Shown here one piece after another: positions 25,833 to 39,789 of a DNA stretch of 64,000 nt; within the stretch, counting starts at the first letter, position 1; each line of letters begins with the position of its first letter. Source of the DNA: Chlorokybus atmophyticus (taxonomy: Eukaryota; Plantae; Mesostigma and Chlorokybus algae); assembly GCA_009103225.1 (NCBI GenBank), contig RHPI01002438.1, forward strand, positions 998,755 to 1,062,754, in the 5' to 3' direction. Under the pieces are notes generated by a model. The model saw only the letters and a program-made list of their open reading frames with translations, was not told where the DNA came from and searched no databases. The translations under genes were made by a program, and so were the position numbers.

Positions 25833-27467
25833 AGGTTGCGGAAGAAAAGCAGGTGCATTAGTTGAGATCAAGACGGCGCTGGTTTTACAGGCCGTAGTTG
25901 CTGTCAGTTTGCTGCGTCAGGTGGCAACCTACTCAGGAAAGACGCAATGATATACATAACATGCGAACACGGCATTGTGTTACAGATATTGCTCTGCAGT
26001 CATTTGCCTTGAGCAATCGACAGCTTTGTGCTGCGCTTTTGTGTTGTGCCACAACGCAAGCCTTATGCTCAACATCATCCAACCACAGTGTATGAGGTAT
26101 AGTAGTACATGCACCCTAACTAACTGCCAGCAAACCCAAACAAACCCAAACACTCCGCTCACTATTTACACCAGGGGGTACGGCCGTTACTCTATGGCTA
26201 TGCTAGCTATGTGAAAATGCGTGCAACGGTGGTGCAGCAGAGGCAGTGCAGAGGTTAACCAGGGGCACCACCTGCAGGCACGTAGGGGGGGTGTCAGGCC
26301 AGTAAGTCTTGCGTAGTGGAAGCTGGTGCAATGGACAGCGTGCTGTGGCGTGCAGTGCAGTGCAGTGCAGTGCAGTGGAGGTGTTTCCTGGCCCCCTCAC
26401 GCCCCCCGCGCTGCCCCCGCCGCCAGCACTTGAACTCTCTTACTGCCACAACAACGGCCAGCTGTGCGGCACTGAGCAGCGCAGTAGGGTTAGGGTAAGA
26501 GGGCCGTGTTACTGTCCAGTCATAGCAGGTTGTATGTAGTCCTGCTGGCGATTAATGTTGTACCAACCATGCATGTGTCCCACCAGTCACATTGACAACA
26601 TGCATACATACAGCATTACAGTAGTGATCCCCTGATGTAGTGTATGCGGGTGTTGTGTGATGTGTTGTGCGATTGTGTCTCGCATGGTTTGTACATCAAG
26701 CATTAGCATCTCTTGGTCGAGGATGCTGGTGCCCTATCTGGGCAGCCATTAGTAGGGCATAACAGCGTGCCAGGACAACAAACAAAAACGTTTTGAGACT
26801 AGGCTGGAGGGCATAGCTCAGCTCACTGCTTCGTATCCTATGTGCGTGCATGTGTGCATGCTATGTAGCTGAGATTGGCAGAGGCAAGGTGGGGAGGTGT
26901 GAACTATGTGAGCAGGGACAACCCGCTTGCATTTTGCAACGAGTGCAGGCAATGGCAATTTTCAGGAGCGCAGCAGCAGTGGCAACACTGCCAAGCTGGG
27001 CACCAATGGCCCAACGCCCACCTACAACGGAGGATGCGGCGCTCGTGAAAGCGGTGCCATGCCATGCGTGAACGCACCTGCTGCGTGCATAAACAATGTG
27101 ACGAAGTATGTGTGTGTTGCTAGCCTGATGTGGTTGTGATTATTGTGCGCGACAATCTTATTGGATGGGTCTTACAAACGCCCAAGACGCCTTTACCCCG
27201 TGCTGCAAATTAAAATAAAAGTGTTTACAACACTCACAAGTTCTTGCATGCGCAGATTAACGACATGCATTAAGTGAGCAACTTGCAATTATGGCGACAC
27301 ATCAGCTCGTTACACAAACATTTTGCAAGTTGCCGCTTACCGGTACTCAATTGTGTCAACTTAAGATCCACAACTTGTGACATTTGTGTCCATTGATAGA
27401 CGACTGCTAATATGCGATTGATTACGACCGTATTTACTTGAACTGAAAGCCCCCATCAATAAATTAC

Positions 27468-28057
27468 NNNNNNNNNNNNNNNNNNNNNNNNNNNNNNNNN
27501 NNNNNNNNNNNNNNNNNNNNNNNNNNNNNNNNNNNNNNNNNNNNNNNNNNNNNNNNNNNNNNNNNNNNNNNNNNNNNNNNNNNNNNNNNNNNNNNNNNNN
27601 NNNNNNNNNNNNNNNNNNNNNNNNNNNNNNNNNNNNNNNNNNNNNNNNNNNNNNNNNNNNNNNNNNNNNNNNNNNNNNNNNNNNNNNNNNNNNNNNNNNN
27701 NNNNNNNNNNNNNNNNNNNNNNNNNNNNNNNNNNNNNNNNNNNNNNNNNNNNNNNNNNNNNNNNNNNNNNNNNNNNNNNNNNNNNNNNNNNNNNNNNNNN
27801 NNNNNNNNNNNNNNNNNNNNNNNNNNNNNNNNNNNNNNNNNNNNNNNNNNNNNNNNNNNNNNNNNNNNNNNNNNNNNNNNNNNNNNNNNNNNNNNNNNNN
27901 NNNNNNNNNNNNNNNNNNNNNNNNNNNNNNNNNNNNNNNNNNNNNNNNNNNNNNNNNNNNNNNNNNNNNNNNNNNNNNNNNNNNNNNNNNNNNNNNNNNN
28001 NNNNNNNNNNNNNNNNNNNNNNNNNNNNNNNNNNNNNNNNNNNNNNNNNNNNNNNNN
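27468..28057. other. Assembly gap (N run)
   Basis: N bases. Confidence 1.
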
Positions 28058-28502
28058 CGTATACAAGCCCCCAAGGCAAAAAAGGGTGGGGGGCTTCTGT
28101 AGAAAACGCCATTCTACGGGCAAAAATAGGCTCGACTGGAGGCCCCCCGAGAACAAAAGGTGGGGGGCTTTTGTAAAGTGCGGGCTTGTGTGCGAATAAA
28201 TATGGTAAGAGTTGAAAGTCAGTTATGCAACTTTGTATGTATGACTGTATTAGCTGAGTTGAGCATGAGCATATACAACATTATACTTGCGTGCGGAAAC
28301 TAGGTGTTCGAATGTCTCAACGTGGTCTTCTCGCTCAAAGTCCTTGACTGAAGTCCCTTCTGCTTGGTGCATTGTGCCTTGCAATGCAATTATGAGTACT
28401 CCACCCGCATGCATCGATCACCAAGACACGCACGCGCAAACGCGTACTCCCACACGCACGCCACAGCGGCCAAGCTTGTGCTGGTTGTTGGGCGGGCTGG
28501 CG

Positions 28503-31405
28503 ATGGCGGCGGCGGCGTCGGCGGCGGTGGCGATGAGCAGCCGGCCGGTCTCGTCTCCTACACGCCTGAGCGCCTTGTCGCAGAAGCTGCTGGAAGGCTG
28601 GACCATGCTGGCGCAGTCCTGCCCGGATCAGAGCTGCAACGTGAGTGCCTGCGTGCATGACGGGCGCCTGCACCACTCAGCTGTGTTTGCTTCATGCTTC
28701 CTGGCTCAATTGTGCAAACAACTCTGAAATAAAGTTGTTTAGCACAACTCAAACACCAACCCTCCTCTTTAGTGCAGCTACCCTCAACTTAGACGCCATC
28801 AACAACATGACTTGATTGCTTGGATTGCCACCATGCCGGTGGAGTCATGAAGTTCACAGCTTCACGTCATGTTTTCGTTGCAGTCGAGCTCAATTGCAAC
28901 CCTCGCTTTGGTCGCGTTGCACAGTAGGCTTGCCTTCATGCTCTGCCTTCAATGGTGAAGTCTTGCAACGAGCCCCATGAAACTGCTGCAAACAAAGTCC
29001 TGGTTTCTGGCTTCAACTCTTTCAACTTGCCGTACGACTGTGCGCAATGCGCTGCACATCTAAGCTGCCCAACTGCTCTATTATGACAATAAACATTGCT
29101 GCTATTGCTGACTACTGAAAGGTGGTTTGCTTCTTCTTGCATGCAGGTGCCGCTCGTGCAGGCGCGCTCAGGTTCGCCCGTGTTGTGTGTCAGCTGCGGC
29201 ATGTCGTGGAATCGCCTCGCTGACATCGCCGCCACGGATGCTAATGGCGACGCTGATGATGGCGAGGGAGCAGAGGAATACAAAGAAGATGAGGTGTGTT
29301 TGAGTAAGATATGTTGTGTTGCTGGGATCTCTGTTGAGTGCTTTGTGGGAGGGAACTTGTTGCTTGACCCTTGCTTGCTGTTTCATACTTGGCTTGTGCT
29401 TGCGAAATCTTGTGTGTGAAAGTGTTCTTGTTTGAGTGCACAGGTGAAGTATGATGACATTGCGCAGGCGTTTTGTGCCGGCGAGGGCGCAGCAGGTGCA
29501 AGTGAGGAAATTGTTACAAACTTAAGACAAGTTATCAGATTGACTGGCATTGTTAGATGTGCTTGTGATATGCATCACGCTATGCTTAGATGCGAACGAG
29601 ATAGATGCTGCGCTGCCGGAGCTGACTGCAGACGAGGCTGCAGCTCGGGACAAGGCCAGGCAGAGGTAGCATGTTGGTCATTGGGTGCTTTGGTGGCTTG
29701 TTCATGTATGTGTGGGTGGTTGGCGCAGTGTGGAATTACACATGCACACGATGGCATGTGCGACAAGCGTGTGCGTGCGCACACGCATGAATGCGTGTGC
29801 GTGTTGCACATGTGAGCGTGCATGTACCGTCTAAGTGTGCATGCACGCTCACATGTCAGCATGCACACTACCGTTTTGCTTGAACTGGGTGCGTATTCTC
29901 GGCATTGGCAGACACCTTAACAACCACACTCGCATACAGATCCGATTACATCAGCGGCCAGCTGGCGTCTAAGCTGCTGCAGGGTTGGACTCTACTCAAT
30001 GAACACTGCCCCATTACAAACTGCCAGGTACATGTCATACCTCATTTACATATCCATACGTGGACTGCTTGACAATGCCAGTGAGCAGGCTAAGTACATG
30101 TTGTCATCGCTGCCTTGCATGACTGTAACCTTATACTTCATTCAGACGCCTCTGGTAAGAAACAGAGAGAAGCAGCGCTTCTGCGTGGGCTGTGGGTAAG
30201 CGCTTACCAAAGTAACACACCGTAAAGCAACCTTGGGCATTTCGCAGCTGCCGTTTCACATTGCCGTCATGCTTCTTAATCATGCCTAGCCAGATTAGTG
30301 TTGATGCAACATTGAAGATGCAACGTATCATTGTGTCTTATATAGCAGATAGGGTAAATCTGTGTGTTGTATCAGGCTTTGGGTGAGGAGGGCTGATGAA
30401 GATGAGGCAAAGGGCATCCCCACGCCATCACAGTCAGCGCGTGCACCAGAGCCGCGCAGAGAGGAGGAGCCAACAACAACAACCGCGTCTCCTGCACGGC
30501 ACGTCGGCGAGCAGCAGCCTGCGGCATCCAATGCCGGCGCGGAGCAGCTGTCATCCCACACGCACAGACTGAGAGCTGATGCCTCGCCGTCGCCGCTTGG
30601 AAAGCATCCAAGAGAGAACGGAATGGACTTGCCACTCTCGGTGTCTACAAGACAGGTTTACTCAACCACTTACTCATCCACAAATCAGTTCGTATTCATC
30701 CCCTCCATACGCTGTTGTTTGCATGCTTTTCAGCTGCATTCAACTGTGTTAACTGCACTGAAGTGCAAGGTGTAATGTGCTCGTGCGTGTGGTCCAGTAG
30801 TCTTACTTGACTCCACTACCAATTTGGTCCACAATCGTCCAAGCTCCAAGCTCGTTGCAAGCCCATAGTCACAAGTCAGAATTTCGTGGATGCATGCAAA
30901 CCGAGCATGTTTCTGCGCGCTGCTGCGCCTGCAGTGGTGCTTTGTGTAGCTGCTCCGTCTGGCGGTTGCGATCAACTCGTGCTGATGAAATGCCTTGCTG
31001 CGCAGACTGATCTCGGCAGTGTTGTTGCTGCCACTGTACAGACCATTGGCAGGAAGATTGAGGTGAGAAGATATGGACGACCACTACATGCATTGCACTT
31101 TATTTCTGCAGCAATGTTGATGTCGATAATGAAACTGCTCGCTGGTTTGCAGGCATGCCGTCAGCTGCTTGAACAGACTGAAGACATGCATGAATGCCAG
31201 CAGGTGGGCTGTTACACAGAAATTGAACTGTGCCCAGTACTCAGTGTGGGCTTTTCATGGCTTTGCAGCAGAGTCTACAAGTGTTGTTCTGCGGCGTTGA
31301 CGAAAAACCGAATGATGCCGTTGTTCACTCGTGTTGCAGGTTTGCAGCATGATTGCGCAGTACGTGCAAACAATACTGACGTTGCAGTCGCTTCAAGAGC
31401 GGTAA
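28503..31405 (+). CDS. SSSCA1/ZNRD2-like (autoantigen p27) protein with two zinc-ribbon domains
   Basis: About 10 exons. Domain 1: LSQKLLEGWTMLAQSCPDQSCN-VPLV..VLCVSC. Domain 2: LASKLLQGWTLLNEHCPITNCQ-TPLVRNREKQRFCVGC. C-terminal helical exons end QSLQER*. Middle exon boundaries are less certain. Confidence 0.82.
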
Positions 31406-32619
31406 GCCGGAAACGTTGGCCTTGCTTCACATCAGTCTAGGGGCATTATGCTAATCGTGATAGGGTTCAGGTGAGTATTAGGCTAGGGTGACAACCAGTG
31501 TTGTTGTCCGCTGCGCTGGGCTGTACAGTGAGTCGTGCAGTACATTAGGGTAAGCTATTTACATAATTTTCAAGGTGCTGACCTGCGCGCACACGATCCG
31601 TTGCTTGACCTCAGGTCAGTCAGGATCAGGAAGGTTTTGAGTAGGGGCAAGAGGATTAGTGCAATAATGTCATGGGAGATGAGTTCTGTTACAAAGCCAG
31701 CGAACCCAACAGGTGTTGTGTATCAAAGGCAATGCAGTATTGTGGCATTGTGCGCTGACTGCGTTTTGTTCTAAGCAAGCAGTAACAGTATGGGGTTTGG
31801 GGGTAACTTTCAACAGGCACATTGCTCGCAACTGGCATTATGCTAGAACATTCACGCTGAACATGGAGATGCGGGCTTCCAAATGCACAAGGATATCACA
31901 GCCGCTCATGGTGGCTAAGCCACCGCGCACAACTGGACACTTCCATGGGCGCACAATGGTTGTACTGCATAACAGTTCATTCAGCAAGAACCTTGCTAGT
32001 GACAACCAACATCACACACAGCAGTTGTAAATGAGTTTCCAGTGATTCAGCAAGCTGATTGCTAGTAACAATCAACATCAAGCACAGCAGTTGTACTTAA
32101 GTTGTTTTTGTATTTTCAGTGAATCAAGCACTTTGTGTACTAATGTCGTTGCCAACTTTGTGCAACATTCAGCTTTAAAGTGTACAACTACTTCGGTCGG
32201 CGACTTGTTTCAGATGTTCTCAGGCGAACTGTCCATTCTGTTTGCTGGAGTATGAAACAACAATCTGCAGACGTTTTGAAACAGCATTAGTGTGAACAGA
32301 TCGCACAAGACACGTGTTTGGGATTGATATAGGCTGGTATTAGATATAGAATATACAAATATACAACAAGGAACTCTATACTGCGTACTAAACTCTCTAA
32401 CTACTTAGCTGGTTGTTCTTGGCCTAAGAAAATCCTACTCAAAACCTATCTGCGCACACACATATCCAATCTGTAGACACACCGCAATCCGTGCAAACCC
32501 CACCCAACTGTGCAAGCCCGACGGCTCCCGTGTGCAAACCCTTGTGGTGCATCCTGTTTCCCCGTTCTGTCCACTTTGGCACCTGAGCCCTGCCTGTGGA
32601 GATCCCAACATCTCCATAT

Positions 32620-33752
32620 TCACACCCAGTTCATCAGCGTCTCGAAGCGCAGGCGTGCATTAAAAATCGCCTCCTCCGAAACATTGCCCAAAAGACTATC
32701 CTCCTCGGGAACCATCTGTACAGCGTCCACGCGAATCAGAGCCTCCTCATATATGGCAGGCTCTTGGGAAAGAACCTCAAACTCTCCGTTGCGCAACCGC
32801 GTAACACGCTCCCAATCGCTCATCTCTACAGTGCTCTCTGGTGGGTACACCAGCTCGCCTTCGCAGGCAACCTGTACAGTGTAACAGCTCTCCTGGCAGA
32901 ACGTCTGCAGGCTGTCTGGCGCAATGCTCTGCACAGTTGGCCGCATGGTAAGCTGCGCCTCCAGCAAACCCATGAACCGCTCCGCATCTTCTTCAGCCTC
33001 AAATGCCAACACAACCTACAGTACACATAGGGTAAATAACATAGCCTATGAAGCAACCAAGTCAACACTGAAACAATAATACACCGCAACCAGTGGCTAA
33101 AGAAAACAGACTGACCAGACTGTACTGATCCAACCACTACAGAGTAGCTAACGCAGGATGACCCATTCCATGCAACACAAACAGTGGCTTACGTTTTCAG
33201 GGCCGTTGTCAGTCTCATCGTCCTTCTGCAGCACGTATATGCCTTCGTCATTGGAGCCAGCGTTGAAAAGCAGCACATAAACCTGAGGGAGCTCGCGCCA
33301 GTCCTGATCACGACCACGGCGCTGCCCAGCCTCACGATTTTCTTGCTGCCAACCCCTCCCACGAGACTCGCGTACAAAATCCGCAAAACTAGCCGCAAGA
33401 CGCTGCCCCTCCCGCTGCTCCTTGCCCCATGCCCCGCCATTGCCATACCCGTATCCAGCCCATTCGCAAACAACTGCATCAAAGGTAAAACCAATGTCAA
33501 TAAGCGCAAAGCCAAGAATGAAATGTTACCCTACTGATATGCATAGCCACCGGTGAAAAGTGCAGTTCAGCTGCAAAACAAGGTTGTGTGAAACCCTTGC
33601 CCAAGCTCACCTTTCTTAGCGTTCCGTCGGTGGTTCTGCTGAGGCTTCGGCCGGTGTGGCCTGGCCGCGTTCAGTGGGGCAGAGCCGGAGCAGCAGGCCT
33701 CAGCCGCCCGTGCAAGCTGCGCAGCTGCAACAGCAGCAGCGGCGGTGGCCAT
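32620..33752 (-). CDS. DUF3110 family protein (cyanobacterial/plastid type)
   Basis: Exons 33752-33611, 33473-33193, 33015-32620 join in frame. VYVLLFNAGSNDEGIY..VVLAFEAEEDAERFMGLLEAQ..PTVQSI..FC. Confidence 0.88.
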
Positions 33753-36700
33753 TGAACCCTACAGCTTCTGTCCGGAAGCTTCTGCCCGACTGCACAGAGG
33801 CCGCACCAGCGTTCTTATCCAGACACCCACACGTGCCCACGCACCAACACCACCACCGTTCTCTTCCAGGCCGTCTTCACAGCCGCCGCCTCTGCCGCAC
33901 GTACCTCCACCGCCGCCTCGCACACAACCTCGCTGCTGCTTACACTGCTTGCCTCCACAGCTTTGGCAGCAAGCAGGCATGGCGAGATACACCCGTAAGT
34001 TTCGAGCCGTAACCCAAAACACGCGAGAGAGCGAGAGCCACGCCTCGTTGGCAGATGCGCCGACGCCGCCAGATTGCATGCACCGACGACCGCTCTCAGC
34101 AGCATGTCAGATAACAGCCGGCGCGCGGAGCGCCAACTTGTCTGCCCATAGCGATGCGGGCGTCGACGTACGAGCGACCTTGGATTCACAAGTAAGCAGT
34201 ATCGGCGCCCTGATTTTCTGATTGCAGCGAACAAGTGGTGTTTAACATTCTGGCGAGTTTTGCCCCACTCAAATCCGCGAAATTCAAATGCGTTCCCATG
34301 TTTCCCCTCTGACAAGCGGTACCTCGAGCCGCGGCATTGCGTCGCGCGATACTGGCGGATAACACCGTAGGAGGGAAGCGTATCTTGCGGTCTGCTGAGA
34401 ATGACGCGCCGAGTACCTCGGTTACACCCATTGCACCAAAACCGCGTAAAAAAACTGACAGACAGCAGAGTGGCGGTTAAAACACTCGGGTACGCACTAA
34501 CCCACACCCGTTGCGTAACCGACAAGCCCCAGCAGAACAATCCACCAAGCCGTGGCGCGAGGGCGATTACACTAACTGACGTTGCCTACTGGCTTTCCTG
34601 TTTTTGTGCTACTACAGTGTATAGCCACCGTCGACGTTTTTAACCGCAGTTGGGGGCTTTAACTGACGCGCTCCCCCGCCTGCCACTTCTCCCGCCACAC
34701 ACAGCCAAGCTGGCCAATCGCCAAACGCGTGGCGGTTTTCAGAGGCCCGCCTTTTATGCAGTTATTTTCAAGTTGATTCATTGTACTGCAGAACAAATGT
34801 CGATCTGATCATCATGGTTGCCCTGTCGCCGGCGACACATCAATTGAGGGTGAATGTTATGTTGGTGCAGTGGGTTAGTACCACGGGGTACAATGTTGTG
34901 TTCTGTGAAGAGACATAACCCAATTTAGGGTTTCACAAGTGATGGCAATGATTTCGCCAGTTTTCGCTGCCGCCTGGTGCACTACAGCTTGGCTGCCACG
35001 CTGGCGGCGGCGGTCATGGCCATGTCGCAGCGATAGGAGGTCGACAGGCCTTCATGTGAGGGGAGGAGACATTCTGCCACCACTACTCTATGTCATGCAT
35101 GTCCTTAACTGATGCATAAGTATGGTGTGTTCCTAAACACCACCAACTTCACATGTTTAACAATTATGTAGATTGTGTTAACTGTGCTAACACTATGACT
35201 GCATGACCGCTGGACTGACTATTTGAACGAGATACCTGGTATCAACTACGCACGCCTGCAGTCAATTCACTACAACGGCACTGGTCTTACCAGCAGCGGC
35301 ACAGAGGCGTTGGCGCTGGCAGCTGTAAGAGCAAAGCATTCTGCACAGCACATCATCCCCACGCTCACCCGCCCCTTTGCCTTTGCTGCTGCTGCTGCTG
35401 CTTACTGTTTGGTATTGCTGCCCTACTTTGCTAACTCTTCAAACCCTGGCGCTGATTGCCACATGTTGGTTGGTTGGTTGGTTGTGCCTACTGCCTGCTG
35501 CTCCACACCCCTCAACATCACACTACACGCACTTAGGTCGTGCACATAGAACTAGTCTGGTATTGCCCCTGCTATAATAAACTTATTGCTGCGAATGATT
35601 GCGCTTGATTTTGTTGCTTGCTTATGATAGTAGCTTGGCATTGTAATGCATTTGGCCAATAGATAATAGGATACCTGAAAAGATGCAATGCAAAAGGTAA
35701 ACCCGTTTTCAGATGGACTGACTTAGCGGTCATTGTTAGCTATGTAGAGAATATTTTTCATGCGTGAGTAGGTTTGTCAGATGGTTAAGTTTATTGGGCA
35801 GACAATTTCTTCTCTAATAAGTTTCAAATTCGTTTGATAATCAGACATCACCACGTAAACTCATCTGAACTTGTGTCTCAGACATCTCATACGCAAGCTG
35901 TCCTCTGGAAGTTAGATTACAACTTGAGCAACAGAGTTTACTATATTTGTCAGCTAGCTGCATTGGATGTTGTGAATCTTCTGCAGTTGATCTGGACTTC
36001 CATGTTGATCAATCGCAAACATGTCAGGTATGAAAGGCATACAAAAACAATCTGCTTGTATTGAAAACACATGTGACAAACGAGGCGTGCTGCATGCAGG
36101 TACTTTTGCTGTCCAACTGTCGCACATTAGCAAGGCCGCTGGTATATTTTACAACCAAACAAGCCGTCCGCCGACAAGATTAATGGTAGAACATGTACAT
36201 GCTGGTACATACGATTGCGGGTAACCACATCCTATTGATGTGAATTTATTATGATAGAATAGTGGTGCGGCTGTTTGGTCCGGCCTGCCGGCCCGCCGGC
36301 TGTCACGCAAGCAAGGTCACTTACACAACACACGCGCAAGGGCCATCTGTGATGGGCCAGCAGACTTCGCACCCGCGATTGCCGGGCTGCGCGGTAGTGT
36401 GCGCGATCTGCTGCCTGTCATTCTTATTGGCTTGGAGGCGAATACTAGCGTTGAACTGTTGGATCTGCCAAAGACAAGATTGTGGCCATCCAAAGCACAC
36501 GTCCACATTACGCATTAGCTTAAAACATCATAAATAACAATAATGCGCACAGTATGCACACTGTGTGCAATGGCCATATGTGACGGCATATTGTCAAGTT
36601 GGATATGTGCTAAGGATATCTTAAAATAGTGAGTATACGGTGAAATACAGCAGATGATTCAGTACTACAGGTATGGCCACCTGAATGCATATGGGGAACA

Positions 36701-37161
36701 GTTACATCGAATCTTCAATTGACGGAGAAAATAGAATTCGCTGACATGCGAATTCTATATTATCCAATCGGTAGTATGCGGCATGCTATTGATTGTTATT
36801 GTCCAAACCTACCCCGCTTACAGTAGCCTACATAACTTTTTCTTATTGTACCGCCCAAAAACGTTTAAAAAAAACACCATGTTTGATAAGCACGACAATG
36901 GAAGGAATCGGTTTTGAGTTTGTATGTGAAATCGGTAAACTGCTTTGTAATCGGTCTACAAATTTAGTACCATACATAAAAAGTGCGCAACCGTTATTGT
37001 CGCAAAATGACTCTCCTGCCGGCCAACTAACTATTGGCAACGGCCGTGCACCTAAAAATACTTATTTAGACTGCCGTGGTTCAGTCCACCTGTAATTTTG
37101 ATACAGGGACCTGAGTACAACTTCCATTACTGTCAGGCCCTTTCCGTTACAATTCAGTCTT

Positions 37162-37425
37162 TAACAGATGACTATATATAATTAACAGGCACCTGTTAGT
37201 TACTTATCAGGCCTTAACAGGTGATTATGATTAAATAACAGGCACCTGTTAGTTACACATTAAGCATTAACAGGTGACTACACCTATTTAGCAGGCACTT
37301 GCAAGTTACACATCAGTCTTACTTAGGTGACCAACCTATGTGACAGGCACCTGCAGGTTACACACCGATCCAGCGCAGGCGACCGAGCGTGATTCACAAG
37401 CACCAACTAAGTAATTATCGATAAA
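37162..37425. repeat. Tandem array of about five 53-bp units, each with an internal inverted repeat
   Basis: Units start at about 37162, 37215, 37268, 37321, 37373. Consensus TAACAGGTGAC-N(14-16)-CAGGCACCTGTTAGTTAC; TAACAGGTG and CACCTGTTA are reverse complements. The array decays rightwards. Confidence 0.9.
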
Positions 37426-37574
37426 ATAAGGCATTCCTTAAGTAACTGAAGGTGACTGATGTCTAATTGTCGTTATGTGTATTTGCATGACTACACGCGA
37501 CTGTCACTAACTGCCAGCATCGTTTTGTGTCTGTGCTGTGTACAGGTACCTGAAATGTGTACAGTGTCTCTCAG

Positions 37575-39618
37575 TCACTTGCCAAGGCTTGTAGTTCGAT
37601 TATGTGACTCGAATGCCTGCAGTTTTGTTGTATATAACAAGGATGCACGTATTGACATGCATGAGCATAATGACGATTGACTGAGCTGGTTTAAGATGCA
37701 CAACACTAAGTCACAAGAGCCTTGTAGCTGTGTACACTGCCAGTTAAACGGACTACTAATCGCGCTACGCTCCTCTCCATCATCGCTTTGCTCGTCATCA
37801 TGGAAAAAAGCACCACGCGCCTGTGGAGGAGACGCCGGAGCTTGCTCTTCATCCTCAAACGGTTGTGCAAGCCAATCACATGCCGCTTCTGCTTCAGCGA
37901 GCGGGTTACGAGCTGCCGTCTCTTGGGGCCGGCGCCGCTTGAGATCTTTCAGGTATTCGACACGTGATGCAGTGCGGCGTTTCACAAGAGTGAATGGTTG
38001 GAGGGCTGCGTACCATTGCCTCATCTCGTGGTTGCGCTCCCGCTTCATTGACATGATCATGGTGTTGATTTCGCTGAGGTACTCTTCATGTGTGTCAATG
38101 CTGGCAGCTAGAAGAGGGTCTCCATCCTTGCCCTGTAGGATACGCTCCACCTGCGTAGTTTACAGGCATGTTGTAGTGGCATCAGAAGCCACTATTCACG
38201 GCAGCGCGTCTGCAAGCCTGTAGTTTGGGGCTACAGCATTCTTAATTTGCTAGTACTTGAATTCAGAGTGCTCACCGTAAGCAACAAGGTATGCGAGGCG
38301 GTTAACTGCACTGTCAGCTGCCGGCGATCAGGTGTAGTGACAGCGTAAGACCAACATTGCACGATCAATTGCCAGAATATGGGATTGCCCCGTTCATAAA
38401 TGTATCTCCTCCGCTCCGGGTCTGCATTGTCGGCCACCTCAAATTTCCGCCATGACTTGTCTGCGAGAGTCATACCAACAAGGCATTAGTCACGATATAG
38501 ATAGTTCAAGTTGAGCCTGCACTAGGCTAGAATAGTGCATGTAACTTACTTTGAAGCGCGTTGCGCATCTGGGCTTTTTGGATCTCGGGGTCCATTAAGG
38601 CGTCGATGTGCCTGATTAATTGGTTACAATAGGCAAGATGCGTACGTGTGAATGGAGGCTGAGTAAGAAGGCAATGTTGCATAGCAAACATGGTGGTGAG
38701 GGACCCAACTCACTTGCGCTTGTTGCTGTTGAACAGTGTCCGCGTCTACTCCTTCTCAGGGGCATGCTTGAAGTTGGTGACGTTCTCAGACCGGACCTGC
38801 GTAGCTTTCTTTAAAGCGACACTCCAATGGAAGGGGCACTCCTTGCGCGTCCAGTACACCTGATAAAACTTGGCCGCATCGGCCTCGTCGTCATGGTCGA
38901 AGCCAACTACCTATCACGGGCAGGTTGGTCAGTGTCACAGTGCAGTGAGGTCATAAAGCATTCACAGCACCTGACACATGATGTTACAAATAGTGTTCTC
39001 CTTGGGATAAACGTGGCTCTCTACCCAGTGGCCGTTTATGATTTTAACGACGGCATGTCGCAAATGCTGTCCACAGATGAACAATCCGTTACACATAGTG
39101 TCACAGTGTCACACAATGCTTACTTCGTTGCCAATCTTCCACTTGCTTGGGGAAGGGTTGCTGACGGCCGAGGTTGCTACGTCACGGCCAAACGCGTTTG
39201 AGTTGGGGGTTCCAATCGACCCTCTACAAGCACGGCCACGTGACTCATGCTGCCAGCCATGAAAGATGCAACGCTCACAGTTGAGCAAGAAGAACAACGT
39301 GCACAGTGTATCCAGAACGCATGCAGTCAGTCACTGTGCCAGTCATAAAAGAAGCAAGCATCAGAGTTTAAAGTTAAGCAAGAAGCAACATGCACAGTGC
39401 ATCAACGACGCATGCATTCTAGCTTGCCCTTGCGACCGCGGTGTCAGGTGGAGTTGTTGTGATGGGCTGGGCGATAGCGCGGGGTCTTGCTGCCATTGGT
39501 TGGCCAAGAGTGGCTGCTGCTGGTTGGCAATGGTTGCCTGGTTGAACACTGGGGGCAATGTGGACTGATGGCGCCGACCTCCACGACGAGGTGCACCTGC
39601 AGATGGACCACGAGGCAT
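37575..39618 (-). pseudogene. Spliced gene of unknown function with premature stops (possible transposon accessory protein)
   Basis: GT-AG-bounded segments read HLRHAVVKIINGHWVESHVYPKENTICNIMCQ / VVGFDHDDEADAAKFYQVYWTRKECPFHW..KE*TRTLFNSNKR / HIDALMDPEIQKAQMRNALQ / KSWRKF..YERGNPIFWQLIVQCWS..TLLLT / VERILQG..THEEYLSEI..MRQWYAALQ. Confidence 0.6.
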
Positions 39619-39789
39619 CTCTCTATATGATAGTCGGGTGCCACCTGCTTAGCTGATGGTGGCGCTGCCGCATCCAACGCTGCCGCCGCCAGCTGGCCCG
39701 CCCAAATGTACAAGGCGCGAAAACGAAAATGAGGCGGTTTCCAACGTCTAATGTCCCGCACGAGAGTCGCACTTGTAATGCGTCCTTCT

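Noticed and set aside
26485-26495. TAGGGTTAGGG telomere-like seed and the nearby (GCAGT)n run at about 26350-26377
   Set aside because: Too short to indicate an interstitial telomere; ordinary simple repeats
14387-28156. ORFs containing long X runs (14387-15333, 16531-17067, 22768-23288, 27361-28156)
   Set aside because: Artefacts of translating through N gaps
35200-36064. Coding-looking stretch (DYLNEIPGINYARLQSIHYNGTG..)
   Set aside because: Could not be assigned to a family or extended into a gene model; left unannotated
37162-37425. CRISPR array interpretation of the palindromic 53-bp units
   Set aside because: Eukaryotic context, no cas genes, variable parts are short loops inside the stem and are related to each other, and the repeats are too degenerate
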